Of a stretch of DNA of 32,000 bases, positions 1 to 7,946 are shown piece after piece. This DNA comes from Thermofilum adornatum (GTDB lineage: Archaea; Thermoproteota; Thermoprotei; Thermofilales; Thermofilaceae). The notes beneath the pieces were generated by a model that was given only the letters and a program-made list of their open reading frames with translations, searched no databases and was not told where the DNA came from. Every line of letters begins with the position of its first letter. Positions within the stretch are counted from its first letter, which is position 1. The stretch lies in the NCBI RefSeq assembly GCF_000446015.1, contig NC_022093.1, positions 1,350,001 through 1,382,000 on the forward strand, read 5' to 3'. A program made the position numbers and the translations under genes.

Positions 1-330
1 GTAGCTGTATGGCTCGCTACCCTAGGTGGTGCAAGCCTGTTCTTCTCTATCCAGGAATTTTACGAAAACATACTTCTAGGCTCCCTATCTACTGGGGTCT
101 TCTTCATGTTTCCATTGGTAATATTAATCCTCAACAAAATGGGTATAGTAAGCTATGAGACGCTCAACAAGAATTGGAGGTACATTGTCTTTATTGGCTA
201 TGTTTTTCTGGCCCTAGTAACTCCCGACCCAACACCATTCAGCGATCTTGCTTTAGGCATACCCTTTGTCGGACTATACTTTCTCTCAATGTGGCTAGTA
301 AAAAGGTCGGAGAAGAAACAAAAACACTAA
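1..330 (+). CDS. tatC: TatC-family twin-arginine translocase subunit, C-terminal fragment (5' end outside window)
   Basis: Frame 1 is open from base 1 (VAVWLATLGGASLFFSIQEFYENILLGS...LVTPDPTPFSDLALGIPFVGLYFLSMWLVKRSEKKQKH*). It aligns position-for-position with the C-terminal third of the complete TatC at 1712-2536, including the TPDP motif before the last TM helix. Confidence 0.85.
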   Translation, partial: VAVWLATLGGASLFFSIQEFYENILLGSLSTGVFFMFPLVILILNKMGIVSYETLNKNWRYIVFIGYVFLALVTPDPTPFSDLALGIPFVGLYFLSMWLVKRSEKKQKH

Positions 331-379
331 ACCTAGGAAATTCTATGAGTCGACAGTTCAATAAGGCTGTGGATCCACA

Positions 380-1570
380 ATGATAAACGAGTTTTCATAT
401 CTAACGAGGCAAGAAGTCTTAAGAGAAATGTCTAGTTTTCTGGCTGGTAGATGGATTGCCGTACATTGCAAGAGAAAAATGAAGGACGGAAGACCATTGC
501 TCGTCAGGTACTGGAAAACGGTACCGCTCAAGGCATCTAGCCCAGCAGAACTATTAGCACTAATTGACAGGCTGAGGCCTCTACAGCCCAGAGCCTTCTA
601 CGGGACAGCCAATATATACTCCAGGCTTGAAACAAGGGAGGACGCGCTCAACTACGAGGAAAACGTGACAAAGAGGACGGTTACATGGGACATTGACTCT
701 ACGCCGGAACACTGGAGAGCCACAGTCGAAGCAGCAAGGACAATTGTAGACTTCCTGGAAAAATGGGGTGTCTCGAAGAGTGTCTGGCTAAAGTGGAGCG
801 GGAGGGGTATGCATGTACATATACATGAAAATGCCGTCTCGCAAAGCATTCTTGAAAAACATGGAGTCATGGATGTAACTTGGTCTCTCGCCCAATTCGT
901 CCTAGAAAACATTAAAGAAAAAGTCGCACAGATCAACACCATGTATGGCTCCAAGATAAAGGTAGAGAATCTCATGGATCCACAGAGAGTCTTTACTGCA
1001 CCGCTAAGCCTGCACAGGAGCCTAGACGTTGCATGCATAGCACTGAAGCCAGGAGACCTAGATTCGTTCAGGCCGGAGTGGACCAACCCAGACAACCCGG
1101 TACACAACCGCGACTGGCGCATATTTGTAGAGGGAGAAGCTGACACCTTAGCTGAGGAAGCTGTGAAAAGAATAGGAGGCTACTTGAAAAGATCCATAAA
1201 GCAACAACTAGTAGCAGAAACAGTAACAGCTCCCCCTGTCTTCGAGAACCCCTCAGGACTCCCTTTGGAAATAAAGCTTAGGTTCAACGAGTTTCCAGGG
1301 AGCCTTAAGGGCAGAAAGCTATACCTAGACCCCATGAAGGCTGTCCGGTTGCTTGAAGACGTTCTTAGCCACTATGTTCTAGGGAATATTTCACGCGAAG
1401 AAGCAATAAGCTTCCTCGAGGCCACGAGAAAAGTTACATTAAAGGCTCAGGGATACTCCCAAAGAGACGTGGAGATACTTGAAAAGCTCTACGAGCAGGC
1501 AATATATTGGCTTAGAAGCTACTCAAAGGAAGAAATAGAGAGAATTCTCAAGAACCATAAGAGCAACTAA
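380..1570 (+). CDS. Archaeo-eukaryotic primase (AEP) superfamily protein, PriS-like / PrimPol-like catalytic domain plus helical C-terminal domain
   Basis: 396 aa ORF with the three AEP catalytic motifs in order. Motif I is TWDIDS (D104/D106, nt 689-697). Motif II is WSGRGMHVHI (H145, nt 812-814). Motif III is MDPQRVFTAPLSLH (D200, R203, H212). FYGTANIY about 25 aa before motif I resembles the PriS Y-S-S-A-x-Y element. There is no Cys/His zinc knuckle between motifs I and II. Confidence 0.6.
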   Translation: MINEFSYLTRQEVLREMSSFLAGRWIAVHCKRKMKDGRPLLVRYWKTVPLKASSPAELLALIDRLRPLQPRAFYGTANIYSRLETREDALNYEENVTKRTVTWDIDSTPEHWRATVEAARTIVDFLEKWGVSKSVWLKWSGRGMHVHIHENAVSQSILEKHGVMDVTWSLAQFVLENIKEKVAQINTMYGSKIKVENLMDPQRVFTAPLSLHRSLDVACIALKPGDLDSFRPEWTNPDNPVHNRDWRIFVEGEADTLAEEAVKRIGGYLKRSIKQQLVAETVTAPPVFENPSGLPLEIKLRFNEFPGSLKGRKLYLDPMKAVRLLEDVLSHYVLGNISREEAISFLEATRKVTLKAQGYSQRDVEILEKLYEQAIYWLRSYSKEEIERILKNHKSN

Positions 1571-1711
1571 GTAAAGCCCGCTGTCGGCAAGACCGGGAGG
1601 CCTCACCTATCGGGAGGTAGCCAACCTCCTCATCCTTGCAAACAAGAATATCATGGAAGATTATAAAAACATTTTCTTACCAATATCTGCTAGTCAAGGT
1701 GTCTAACACTT

Positions 1712-2536
1712 ATGTCTGAGGAGTTGCCAGAGAAGCCATTGCTTGACCACGTGATGGATTTCCTAGAAATGTTACGGAGAATACTAATCTACATAGTTTC
1801 CTTCCTAATCCTCCTTCTCTTCCTGCCTACACCATGGCTCCTTCCAAAAACATATTACCCATTTCTCTTCTACTGCATGAACCTAACCAACCACTACATG
1901 TTGAACTTTAACGAGAACATTTTCAGTAGGAATTTCGCCACAATGTTTGGTGTTAATGGTTCTAGGGTTGTTCTTATTAGTCATGGGTGGTTTGATTCTC
2001 TTACTGCTGCTATTTTGCTTGCTGTTCTTTTGGCGGTTACTGTTCTTAGCCCTGTGATTGCTTGGGAGGTTTATAGGTTTGTTGAGCCCGGCCTGTATAG
2101 CCACGAGAAGAGGATAGTCAAGCGCTATATGGTTTTTGCACTCGCCCTGTTCGTCTCTGGCGTCATATATGGCTACACAGTAGTAATGCCAATAGTGTTC
2201 GTCGTTGCCGTTTGGCTTGCCACTCTTGGTGGCGCCAGCCTATTCTTCTCCATACAAGACTTCTACCAGAATATTCTCATAGGGTCACTAGCTACAGGCG
2301 TATTCTTCATGTTTCCCCTAGGAATTTTGGCCTTGAATAAGGCCGGAATCATAAGCTATGAGACGCTACACAATAACTGGAGATACGTAATTTTCGCGAT
2401 TTTTGCAGTACTTGCAATGATAACTCCTGACCCCACCCTTATCAGCGACATTGTGCTGGGTCTACCCTTTATTGTCCTATACTTCTTCACGATGTGGCTA
2501 GTAAAGAGATCAGAAAAAGGCAAAAAGAAAGTCTAA
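1712..2536 (+). CDS. tatC: Sec-independent (Tat) protein translocase subunit TatC
   Basis: 274 aa, 6 predicted TM helices. Aligns with bacterial TatC landmarks: PLLDHVMDFLEMLRR (N-terminal amphipathic helix), SPVIAWEVYRFVEPGLYSHEKR (cf. E. coli [22 protein letters not shown]), MITPDPTLISDIVLGLPFIVLY (cf. [21 protein letters not shown]). Confidence 0.9.
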   Translation: MSEELPEKPLLDHVMDFLEMLRRILIYIVSFLILLLFLPTPWLLPKTYYPFLFYCMNLTNHYMLNFNENIFSRNFATMFGVNGSRVVLISHGWFDSLTAAILLAVLLAVTVLSPVIAWEVYRFVEPGLYSHEKRIVKRYMVFALALFVSGVIYGYTVVMPIVFVVAVWLATLGGASLFFSIQDFYQNILIGSLATGVFFMFPLGILALNKAGIISYETLHNNWRYVIFAIFAVLAMITPDPTLISDIVLGLPFIVLYFFTMWLVKRSEKGKKKV

Positions 2537-2539
2537 AAT

Positions 2540-3394
2540 TTACTGAGAAGTGTCCAGCTCCTTCTCGAGTAAAAACTCTGTCTTCTGGGTCTTGAAGCCT
2601 GCTGAAGCAAGCTCCTCTATTATCACCTGCTTTGAAGAATCAATAGGCACCTCAAGCTCCTCGGCTCCTAGCTCCAATCCAACGTCTCTGAAGCCCTTAA
2701 GCAAGGCCTTCAAAGCCTCGAGAGAGTTGTATGATGAGAGTGCCACATACTCTGCAAAAAGTCTCTTGTCCTCGACGGAGAACTCTGAGACGCCCCTCAC
2801 GCGGCCAGACTTGTATACAGTAAGGGTGTGTTCGCCCATTCGGTACTTCTTGTAAATCATTCTGTCGACAGGCTCTGTCAGCTCGCTCCACATAGTCGTA
2901 GGCTTATACTTGTGTGGGTTGCTCCTAAGCGGCGTCTTCCTCCAGACAACCCTGTACCCCTCTGGAGCCTTCTCAGGTAGAGAACTAATTTTAACAGACA
3001 TGAAGAGTATCAAGCCACGGATATTGTATCCCTTCCTCAGGTAGAAGTCTAACGCCCTCAAATTGTTGTCCTTCACACTCAACAAAATCCTTTCAACCCC
3101 CTTGTTCGCCATAATTTCCTCTAATGCCGTGAGGAGCCTTCCACCAATACCTAGACTCCTATACTCTGGATGGACAGCCAGGCTGTCAACGTACACATTT
3201 TCCCGGTACTTGTATGCAATAACAAACCCCACAATCCTGTCGCCTTGCTCAGCTACAAGAACAAACCTACGCTTCGACCGCACAGACAAAAGCGCCTTGA
3301 ACCAATCATAGTCCTCCTCGTCGAGCCCCTCCAAGCTGAGCAAGTGTATCCTAAATATGTCTTCCAGGTCACGGAGAGTGGCCGAACGAATCAA
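2540..3394 (-). CDS. GNAT-family N-acetyltransferase with about 150 aa C-terminal extension
   Basis: N-terminal 135 aa show the GNAT core: VLVAEQGDRIVGFVIAY..VYVDSLAVHPEYRSLGIGGRLLTALEE (acetyl-CoA-binding R/Q-x-x-G-x-G/A motif) ..NNLRALDFYLRKGY. The only start codon available in frame is TTG at 3394. The C-terminal half is unassigned. Confidence 0.8.
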   Translation of the reverse strand: MIRSATLRDLEDIFRIHLLSLEGLDEEDYDWFKALLSVRSKRRFVLVAEQGDRIVGFVIAYKYRENVYVDSLAVHPEYRSLGIGGRLLTALEEIMANKGVERILLSVKDNNLRALDFYLRKGYNIRGLILFMSVKISSLPEKAPEGYRVVWRKTPLRSNPHKYKPTTMWSELTEPVDRMIYKKYRMGEHTLTVYKSGRVRGVSEFSVEDKRLFAEYVALSSYNSLEALKALLKGFRDVGLELGAEELEVPIDSSKQVIIEELASAGFKTQKTEFLLEKELDTSQ

Positions 3395-3564
3395 TATAGA
3401 AGAACCACTCTCTTCAATGTCTTTACTTATGGAGCTTTGTAGTCAAGTCATTCTATCAAACCCACCGTTCAAAACATCCTTAGCAAGTAGCTTTATAAAT
3501 CTTTCTATTCATTCCAAGCAATTTATTCATTTGGATAGGCGCGCTCTGTGGCTGGGGCTGGGAG

Positions 3565-5100
3565 CTACGGCGCATACAGTAAGCTGACATTGTCAACCCT
3601 GATGTCTACCTGGTTCAGATTACCCCCTGCATTGAGTAGAGCCTTAATTCTTAGTGTGTACGTTCCTGGAGCTAGTCTTATAGATAGCTGGGCGGTGAAG
3701 GTGTCTTCACTTGGCTCGTTACGTTTCTGCCAGCTTATAGTTTGGCTCCAGAGAATTGTGGAGCCGCTCTCAATGGATACGACGAGTTGCAGTGAGTTAG
3801 CTTGTCCCGGTGGGTGTGCATCCATGTAGTAGTAGAGTTGTAGCTGGGTGAGTGTTGTCGTGCTGGACACGGTGAAGGTTTGGCTGATGCTTGCACTTAT
3901 ATCCCGTGGGTTAGTGAGGTTTATGCGGGCTAGCTGTAGGCTTGTGTCTATCCTCCACGGGCTTTGAAGAGTCCAGTATGCACTGCCCTGGGAGAAGTCC
4001 CCATTCTTGATAAGCTCACCATAAACTGAGACCATGAACGTTTTCTCGTCGTCCACCCGCGTAGTATTCAGGTTTAGTGCCTGTATCTTCCACGTGTAGG
4101 TACCAGTGCTTGCAGGCAGAGTTACTGTGAGTGTTGCTGTGGCTGTCTGGCCGGCTGGTATTGATAGGGTCCTGCTGTTCACAGTGTTGCCGTATTGGTC
4201 GATCACTGTTAGGACGGCGCTCCCGCGGGCATTCCCAGTATTCTGCACTGTTACAACAAGCCTCTGCTTAGACCCCACTGGTCCAGCAATACTACTATTA
4301 TAAGACACGATACTGAAAACCGGTAGATACGTGACGACACTAACCTGAACCGTTTTCTCGTCGTCTTGGTTCCCAGTGGCACTGTTTATAGCTACTATTC
4401 TCCACTGGTAGTTGCCAGAAGCAGGTGGCAAAACAACACTCAGAGATACATCTGTCCTCTGCCCAGGAGAAAGACTAACCGACGCCGAACTAGCAACATT
4501 ACCACTAGAATCCAAGACCCTTACAACAGCCACACCACTAGCACCACCATCATTAACAAGGCCAACAACAAGCCTCTCGCTAGAGGAAGGAGCACCGAGA
4601 ATGGTAGAATTGTATGAAACGATTGAAAAAAGAGGAAACTGTAGCGGTTGCTGAGATACCGAGGATATGTCTAATACATAAGTTGCTATGGATATGCCGC
4701 TAGTGGATAAGACGCGTAAAGCGTATTTCCCAGCCTGGATCCCTGTGGGCAGGGACACATTTACCGTCTCTAGCTGGCCTGGCTTCAGGGTCAAAGGACC
4801 CACGTCAACTATATATTTGGATAATCCCGTTGCAGGGTCATCTAGAGATACTTTGTCTATCTTTATCTCCTCGTTGCCGATATTCCTTATATATAGTGTC
4901 AATCTGTTAGATGAAACTGATACTGCCTCTATCTTTAAGAGTACACTTACACTACCTCTACTTTCTGTACGCAGACTTGGGAGCCAGAACCAGATTAGCA
5001 CGACAGCTACTGTGGCAATAAAAATTAATAGCAAGGTAGCTATAATTGGTGAAATACCCTTATTCACATTTGCTACTATTAAAATAATTAACCTTCCCAA
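3565..5100 (-). CDS. Surface protein with archaeal class III (type IV pilin-like) signal peptide, two tandem CARDB-like beta-sandwich repeats and a C-terminal CBM-like jelly-roll domain
   Basis: N-terminus NKGISPIIATLLLIFIATVAVVLIWFWL matches the archaeal pilin N-terminal consensus ([KR]G-[IV]SP-V/I-I-hydrophobic helix). The likely true start is the GTG at 5067 (MNKGISP...). Residues about 156-256 and 259-360 are paralogous repeats (FSIVSYNS...RLVV...G...LS...PGQ...TY.W.I.A.N....DDEKT..VSV). The C-terminus starts ELIKNGDFSQGSAYW, as in CBM4/9-type modules. Confidence 0.7.
   Translation of the reverse strand: MGRLIILIVANVNKGISPIIATLLLIFIATVAVVLIWFWLPSLRTESRGSVSVLLKIEAVSVSSNRLTLYIRNIGNEEIKIDKVSLDDPATGLSKYIVDVGPLTLKPGQLETVNVSLPTGIQAGKYALRVLSTSGISIATYVLDISSVSQQPLQFPLFSIVSYNSTILGAPSSSERLVVGLVNDGGASGVAVVRVLDSSGNVASSASVSLSPGQRTDVSLSVVLPPASGNYQWRIVAINSATGNQDDEKTVQVSVVTYLPVFSIVSYNSSIAGPVGSKQRLVVTVQNTGNARGSAVLTVIDQYGNTVNSRTLSIPAGQTATATLTVTLPASTGTYTWKIQALNLNTTRVDDEKTFMVSVYGELIKNGDFSQGSAYWTLQSPWRIDTSLQLARINLTNPRDISASISQTFTVSSTTTLTQLQLYYYMDAHPPGQANSLQLVVSIESGSTILWSQTISWQKRNEPSEDTFTAQLSIRLAPGTYTLRIKALLNAGGNLNQVDIRVDNVSLLYAP
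4021..4635 (-). repeat. Intragenic tandem duplication encoding two ~100-aa CARDB-like domains
   Basis: Protein-level repeat. PLFSIVSYNSTILGAPSSSERLVVGLVNDGGASGVAVVRVLDSSGNVASSASVSLSPGQRTDVSLSVVLPPASGNYQWRIVAINSATGNQDDEKTVQVSVV aligns with LPVFSIVSYNSSIAGPVGSKQRLVVTVQNTGNARGSAVLTVIDQYGNTVNSRTLSIPAGQTATATLTVTLPASTGTYTWKIQALNLNTTRVDDEKTFMVSVY. The DNA copies have diverged. Confidence 0.65.
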
Positions 5101-5145
5101 ATAAAAATCTATCTCATATTTATGACGTGCTAGCCGCTACTTGGC

Positions 5146-5763
5146 TCATTTGGACGCTATACCCCACTCTAAAAGAGCCTTATGTATCATTTCGCCGCTT
5201 ATCCCAGCTATAATTATAGCCATGAATCTACCCAAGCTTCTAACAAAGTTTTTCCCGGCCTTTTCTAGGAGCAACTCTCCCGAGCTAAGCGTCACGAAAA
5301 CTAGCACAGTGGCGATTACTACTCCCAGCATCGTCGTTGCAAAGCCCTCCGATACGCTGAGGACTATCAGGGTGGTAATTGTTCCTGGACCGACGAGGAG
5401 GGGTGTAGCTATCGGGACAATGAGTGCCTCGTCCATGCTTTCTAGGCTCTTTGTCCTGCTCATTCCCGAGAGCATATCAACTGCTATAACCATGAGCAGG
5501 ATTCCTCCACCAAACCTGAGGGAAGCTATGCTAACATTTAGCAGTTTAAGCAGTGGATCTCCCAGGAAACAGAAAATAGTCATCAGCAATAAGACGATTA
5601 GCGAAGCCTTCCTCACAGCGTGTCTCTTCTGGTCTTGGCTCCAGGCCTCTGTGAGACTTGCAAAGGTAGGTATAACACTTAAGGGGTTAAGAACGGCATA
5701 GAGCTGTATCGAGACAAGAAACCCTTTTATGAAAAAATTAGCCAGGTCTGTAACCATTAGCAA
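5146..5763 (-). CDS. MarC-family (UPF0056) integral membrane protein
   Basis: 205 aa, multi-TM. LYAVLNPLSVIPTFASLTE and RFGGGILLMVIAVDML match the MarC family signature (NP-x-G/S-x-IP-x-F; GG-I-L-L). Start is TTG 5763 or ATG 5757. Confidence 0.85.
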   Translation of the reverse strand: MLMVTDLANFFIKGFLVSIQLYAVLNPLSVIPTFASLTEAWSQDQKRHAVRKASLIVLLLMTIFCFLGDPLLKLLNVSIASLRFGGGILLMVIAVDMLSGMSRTKSLESMDEALIVPIATPLLVGPGTITTLIVLSVSEGFATTMLGVVIATVLVFVTLSSGELLLEKAGKNFVRSLGRFMAIIIAGISGEMIHKALLEWGIASK

Positions 5764-5826
5764 GCACCTCGATAATTTTGATTATTAGGTAAACTTTATT
5801 AGCTTTTATGTTCTCCCAAAGTCTTC

Positions 5827-7299
5827 GTGGATCCTCAATACAAGAAATATCTATGGAGTGCTCTATCGATAACAACTCTAGGCGCCTTCATGGCTGGCCT
5901 AGACGCCAGAATAGTAGTTGTCGGACTCGACGTAATAATATCATCTCTAAAGGCCGACCTAGAGCAGGGTCTATGGTTCACACAGGCATACATGCTTGGA
6001 AGCACATTAATGCTATTGCTAGCGGGGAAACTCGCAGACCTATATGGGAGGGTAAAACTATACGCCTATGGGTTCGTATTATTCACGATTGGCTCAGCCC
6101 TCTCGGGGCTATCCCTCACCCCCACACATCTAATTCTTTCAAGGTTTTTCCAGGGCATAGGCTCAGGGATCCTGACAACCCTCAGCGCCGCCATAATAAC
6201 AGACGTTGCTGCAGGTGGGCCTCTAGCCTTCGCCTTAAGCATAAACGCATTAGCTTTCCGGATAGGCTCAATTCTAGGCCTAACGGCCAGCGGGCTTCTT
6301 ATTTACTTCTTCGGGTGGAGAAGCATCTTCTACGTAAATGTCCCCGTAGGCTTGGTTGGCTTCTATTTAACGCTCAAGAGGCTAAAAGAAGTATATAAGC
6401 CAAGCGAGAAGCCGATAATAGACTGGCTTGGTTTCTCTCTAATAACCCTTTCCTTGCTGTCCCTCCTTCTTGCCTTGACGATCTATGCTTATGGACTCGC
6501 CTATAAGAGTCTAACAGAGCTTCTAGCAGTTATATCTCTGCTTTCATTCCTAGGCTTTGTAGTCGTGGAGCTTAAGTCAAGGTATCCCCTCCTAGACTTG
6601 TCACTCTTCAAGATTTGGAGCTTTACAGGCGGTATAATCGCACAACTACTCAACGCTGTTGCTTTCGGAGCAGTAATGTTGCTACTAACTCTCTACCTGG
6701 AAATCGTTTTGGGCATGGACCCCCTCACAGCCGGGATACACCTTTTACCATTCGAGCTGTCATTCCTCGTCTTCGGTCTTATTAGTGGAAGGCTCTCAGA
6801 CAAATACGGCTACACTAGATTCGCCCTAGCTGGGCTTATTGTAGGAAGCTTCGCACAGTTCCTTCTGGCAGGCATAACAAAAGAAACACCATTAAACGTG
6901 GTGTTATTCTACTCCATGATTCTGGCAATGGGAAACGGTCTCTTCATGTCGCCAAACACAAGCTCAATAATGGCTTCTGTGCCGCCAAATAGGAGGGGAA
7001 TAGCATCAGCGATACGTAGCGTAATCTTCAACGTGGGAATGACGATAAGCCTCAATATCTCTGTCCTCCTCATAGCCTCGAAAATACCCTACAGCTTGGT
7101 AACACAGCTACTAATCGGCGCCGAAACAATGACTGGAGACGCAGAGGTAAGCAGAGGACTCTTAGCTGAGTCCATAGGCTATGCATTTAAGGTCCTGGGC
7201 ATCATTAATCTTTCAGCAGCTGTCTTCTCGATAACAAGGCTAAAAACGCCTCAAAACACCGAACAAATCAAACAACTATATGAGACAAGCATTGAATAA
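5827..7299 (+). CDS. MFS transporter, 14-TM drug:H+ antiporter (DHA2/EmrB-QacA)-like
   Basis: 490 aa with about 14 hydrophobic segments. MFS motif A-like LAGKLADLYGRVKLY after TM2. GTG start at 5827. Confidence 0.85.
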   Translation: MDPQYKKYLWSALSITTLGAFMAGLDARIVVVGLDVIISSLKADLEQGLWFTQAYMLGSTLMLLLAGKLADLYGRVKLYAYGFVLFTIGSALSGLSLTPTHLILSRFFQGIGSGILTTLSAAIITDVAAGGPLAFALSINALAFRIGSILGLTASGLLIYFFGWRSIFYVNVPVGLVGFYLTLKRLKEVYKPSEKPIIDWLGFSLITLSLLSLLLALTIYAYGLAYKSLTELLAVISLLSFLGFVVVELKSRYPLLDLSLFKIWSFTGGIIAQLLNAVAFGAVMLLLTLYLEIVLGMDPLTAGIHLLPFELSFLVFGLISGRLSDKYGYTRFALAGLIVGSFAQFLLAGITKETPLNVVLFYSMILAMGNGLFMSPNTSSIMASVPPNRRGIASAIRSVIFNVGMTISLNISVLLIASKIPYSLVTQLLIGAETMTGDAEVSRGLLAESIGYAFKVLGIINLSAAVFSITRLKTPQNTEQIKQLYETSIE

Positions 7300-7494
7300 T
7301 CATGTTTTTGGATACATAGCTGGTCTTCCCGTTTATTGCTCTTATAGGTCACCTCATTTATACTCTCTACAGCATGAAACTTTTTCTCACGATCAAGCAC
7401 AGTATCCGTGTACGCACAGATTTTTGAAGTGAAATTTTCAAAGAACAAAGAATGTCGTGCTAAACTTTAATTTCTGTTACTTATAAAATTTGGT

Positions 7495-7692
7495 GTGAAA
7501 ACTATACAATTAAAAAAAGAAACTTACAGAATGTTGCAGATGATAAAGGAAATAAAAAAGGCAAAGACATTTGACGAAGTAGTTCGTGATCTAGTTCTCA
7601 AGGAACTTGGAGTGGAGCCCGAGATGTTTGGCGTAGACAAGGGAAAGATAAAGCCCTACACACCTGGGGATAGAATGGAGGATCGCTTATAG
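7495..7692 (+). CDS. Small ribbon-helix-helix antitoxin-like protein (VapB-type)
   Basis: 65 aa. N-terminal beta-strand-like KTIQLKKETYRML followed by a helix and TFDEVVRDLV, the pattern of small archaeal antitoxins that precede PIN toxins. GTG start. TATA-like AAACTTTAATTT lies about 25-30 nt upstream. A PIN-like remnant follows immediately. Confidence 0.55.
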   Translation: MKTIQLKKETYRMLQMIKEIKKAKTFDEVVRDLVLKELGVEPEMFGVDKGKIKPYTPGDRMEDRL

Positions 7693-7900
7693 TAGTATCT
7701 GGATAGAATACTTTATAGGCACAAGTAGAGGAGCACAAGTAAAAAAGCTATTGGATAAAGGAGGGTATAAGCCTTCCATTGGTCCTAGCAGAAATATCGA
7801 GGAAATATTTGAGGGAAGGGGCCAGCTTGGAAACTGTGAGAAAGAGGCTTATCTTCATAGCGCGCGCTGTCCAGCAGAACCAAATTATATGAATTTCTAG
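7676..7900 (+). pseudogene. Decayed PIN-domain (VapC-like) toxin remnant
   Basis: Frame 2 reads WRIAYSSIWIEYFIGTSRGAQVKKLLDKGGYKPSIGPSRNIEEIFEG...NF*. It resembles PIN N-termini of the form (M)xIvvDSSvWIEYFxGTxxGxxvxxlL...E. No ATG/GTG/TTG start exists in this frame after the upstream stop at 7649-7651. The first catalytic Asp position reads Tyr (TAT). The frame stops after about 70 codons, so the C-terminal half of a PIN domain is absent. Confidence 0.4.
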
Positions 7901-7946
7901 TACACAACCTTTAAACCAGCGAAAGCCTCCTAGACATTGACTATTC

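Noticed and set aside
652-1146. 164-aa antisense ORF inside the AEP gene. Similar long antisense ORFs occur at 22966-23757 (263 aa, inside the DASS gene), 25996-26763 (255 aa, inside hypE), 5141-5701 (inside MarC) and 20283-20735 (inside GH38).
   Set aside because: Each lies fully inside a gene with strong family motifs on the other strand. Their translations are low-complexity (Ser/Arg/Pro-rich) with no recognisable motifs. They are typical shadow ORFs.
1-2536. Idea that the AEP gene is a cargo gene of an integrated element, with the two TatC 3' ends as duplicated attachment sites.
   Set aside because: The two TatC C-terminal regions are only roughly 70 percent identical at the DNA level and differ throughout at the protein level. 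No integrase, tRNA or exact direct repeats are present. This fits old paralogy, not a recent integration.
5808-6398. 196-aa ORF in an alternative + frame overlapping the start of the MFS transporter.
   Set aside because: The translation is Arg/Ser-rich and non-membrane. The overlapping frame encodes a coherent 14-TM MFS protein, so this is an out-of-frame artefact.
7251-7448. 65-aa minus-strand ORF in the MFS/antitoxin spacer.
   Set aside because: It overlaps the 3' end of the MFS gene, has no recognisable motif or promoter, and its composition is unremarkable. I cannot support it as a gene, though a small protein cannot be excluded.
7859-7868. Alternating GC palindromes (AGCGCGCGCT at 7859-7868, GCGCGCGC near 26877-26885) as possible repeat-element ends or Z-DNA tracts.
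   Set aside because: There are only two short occurrences, with no shared flanking sequence and no associated mobile-element genes.
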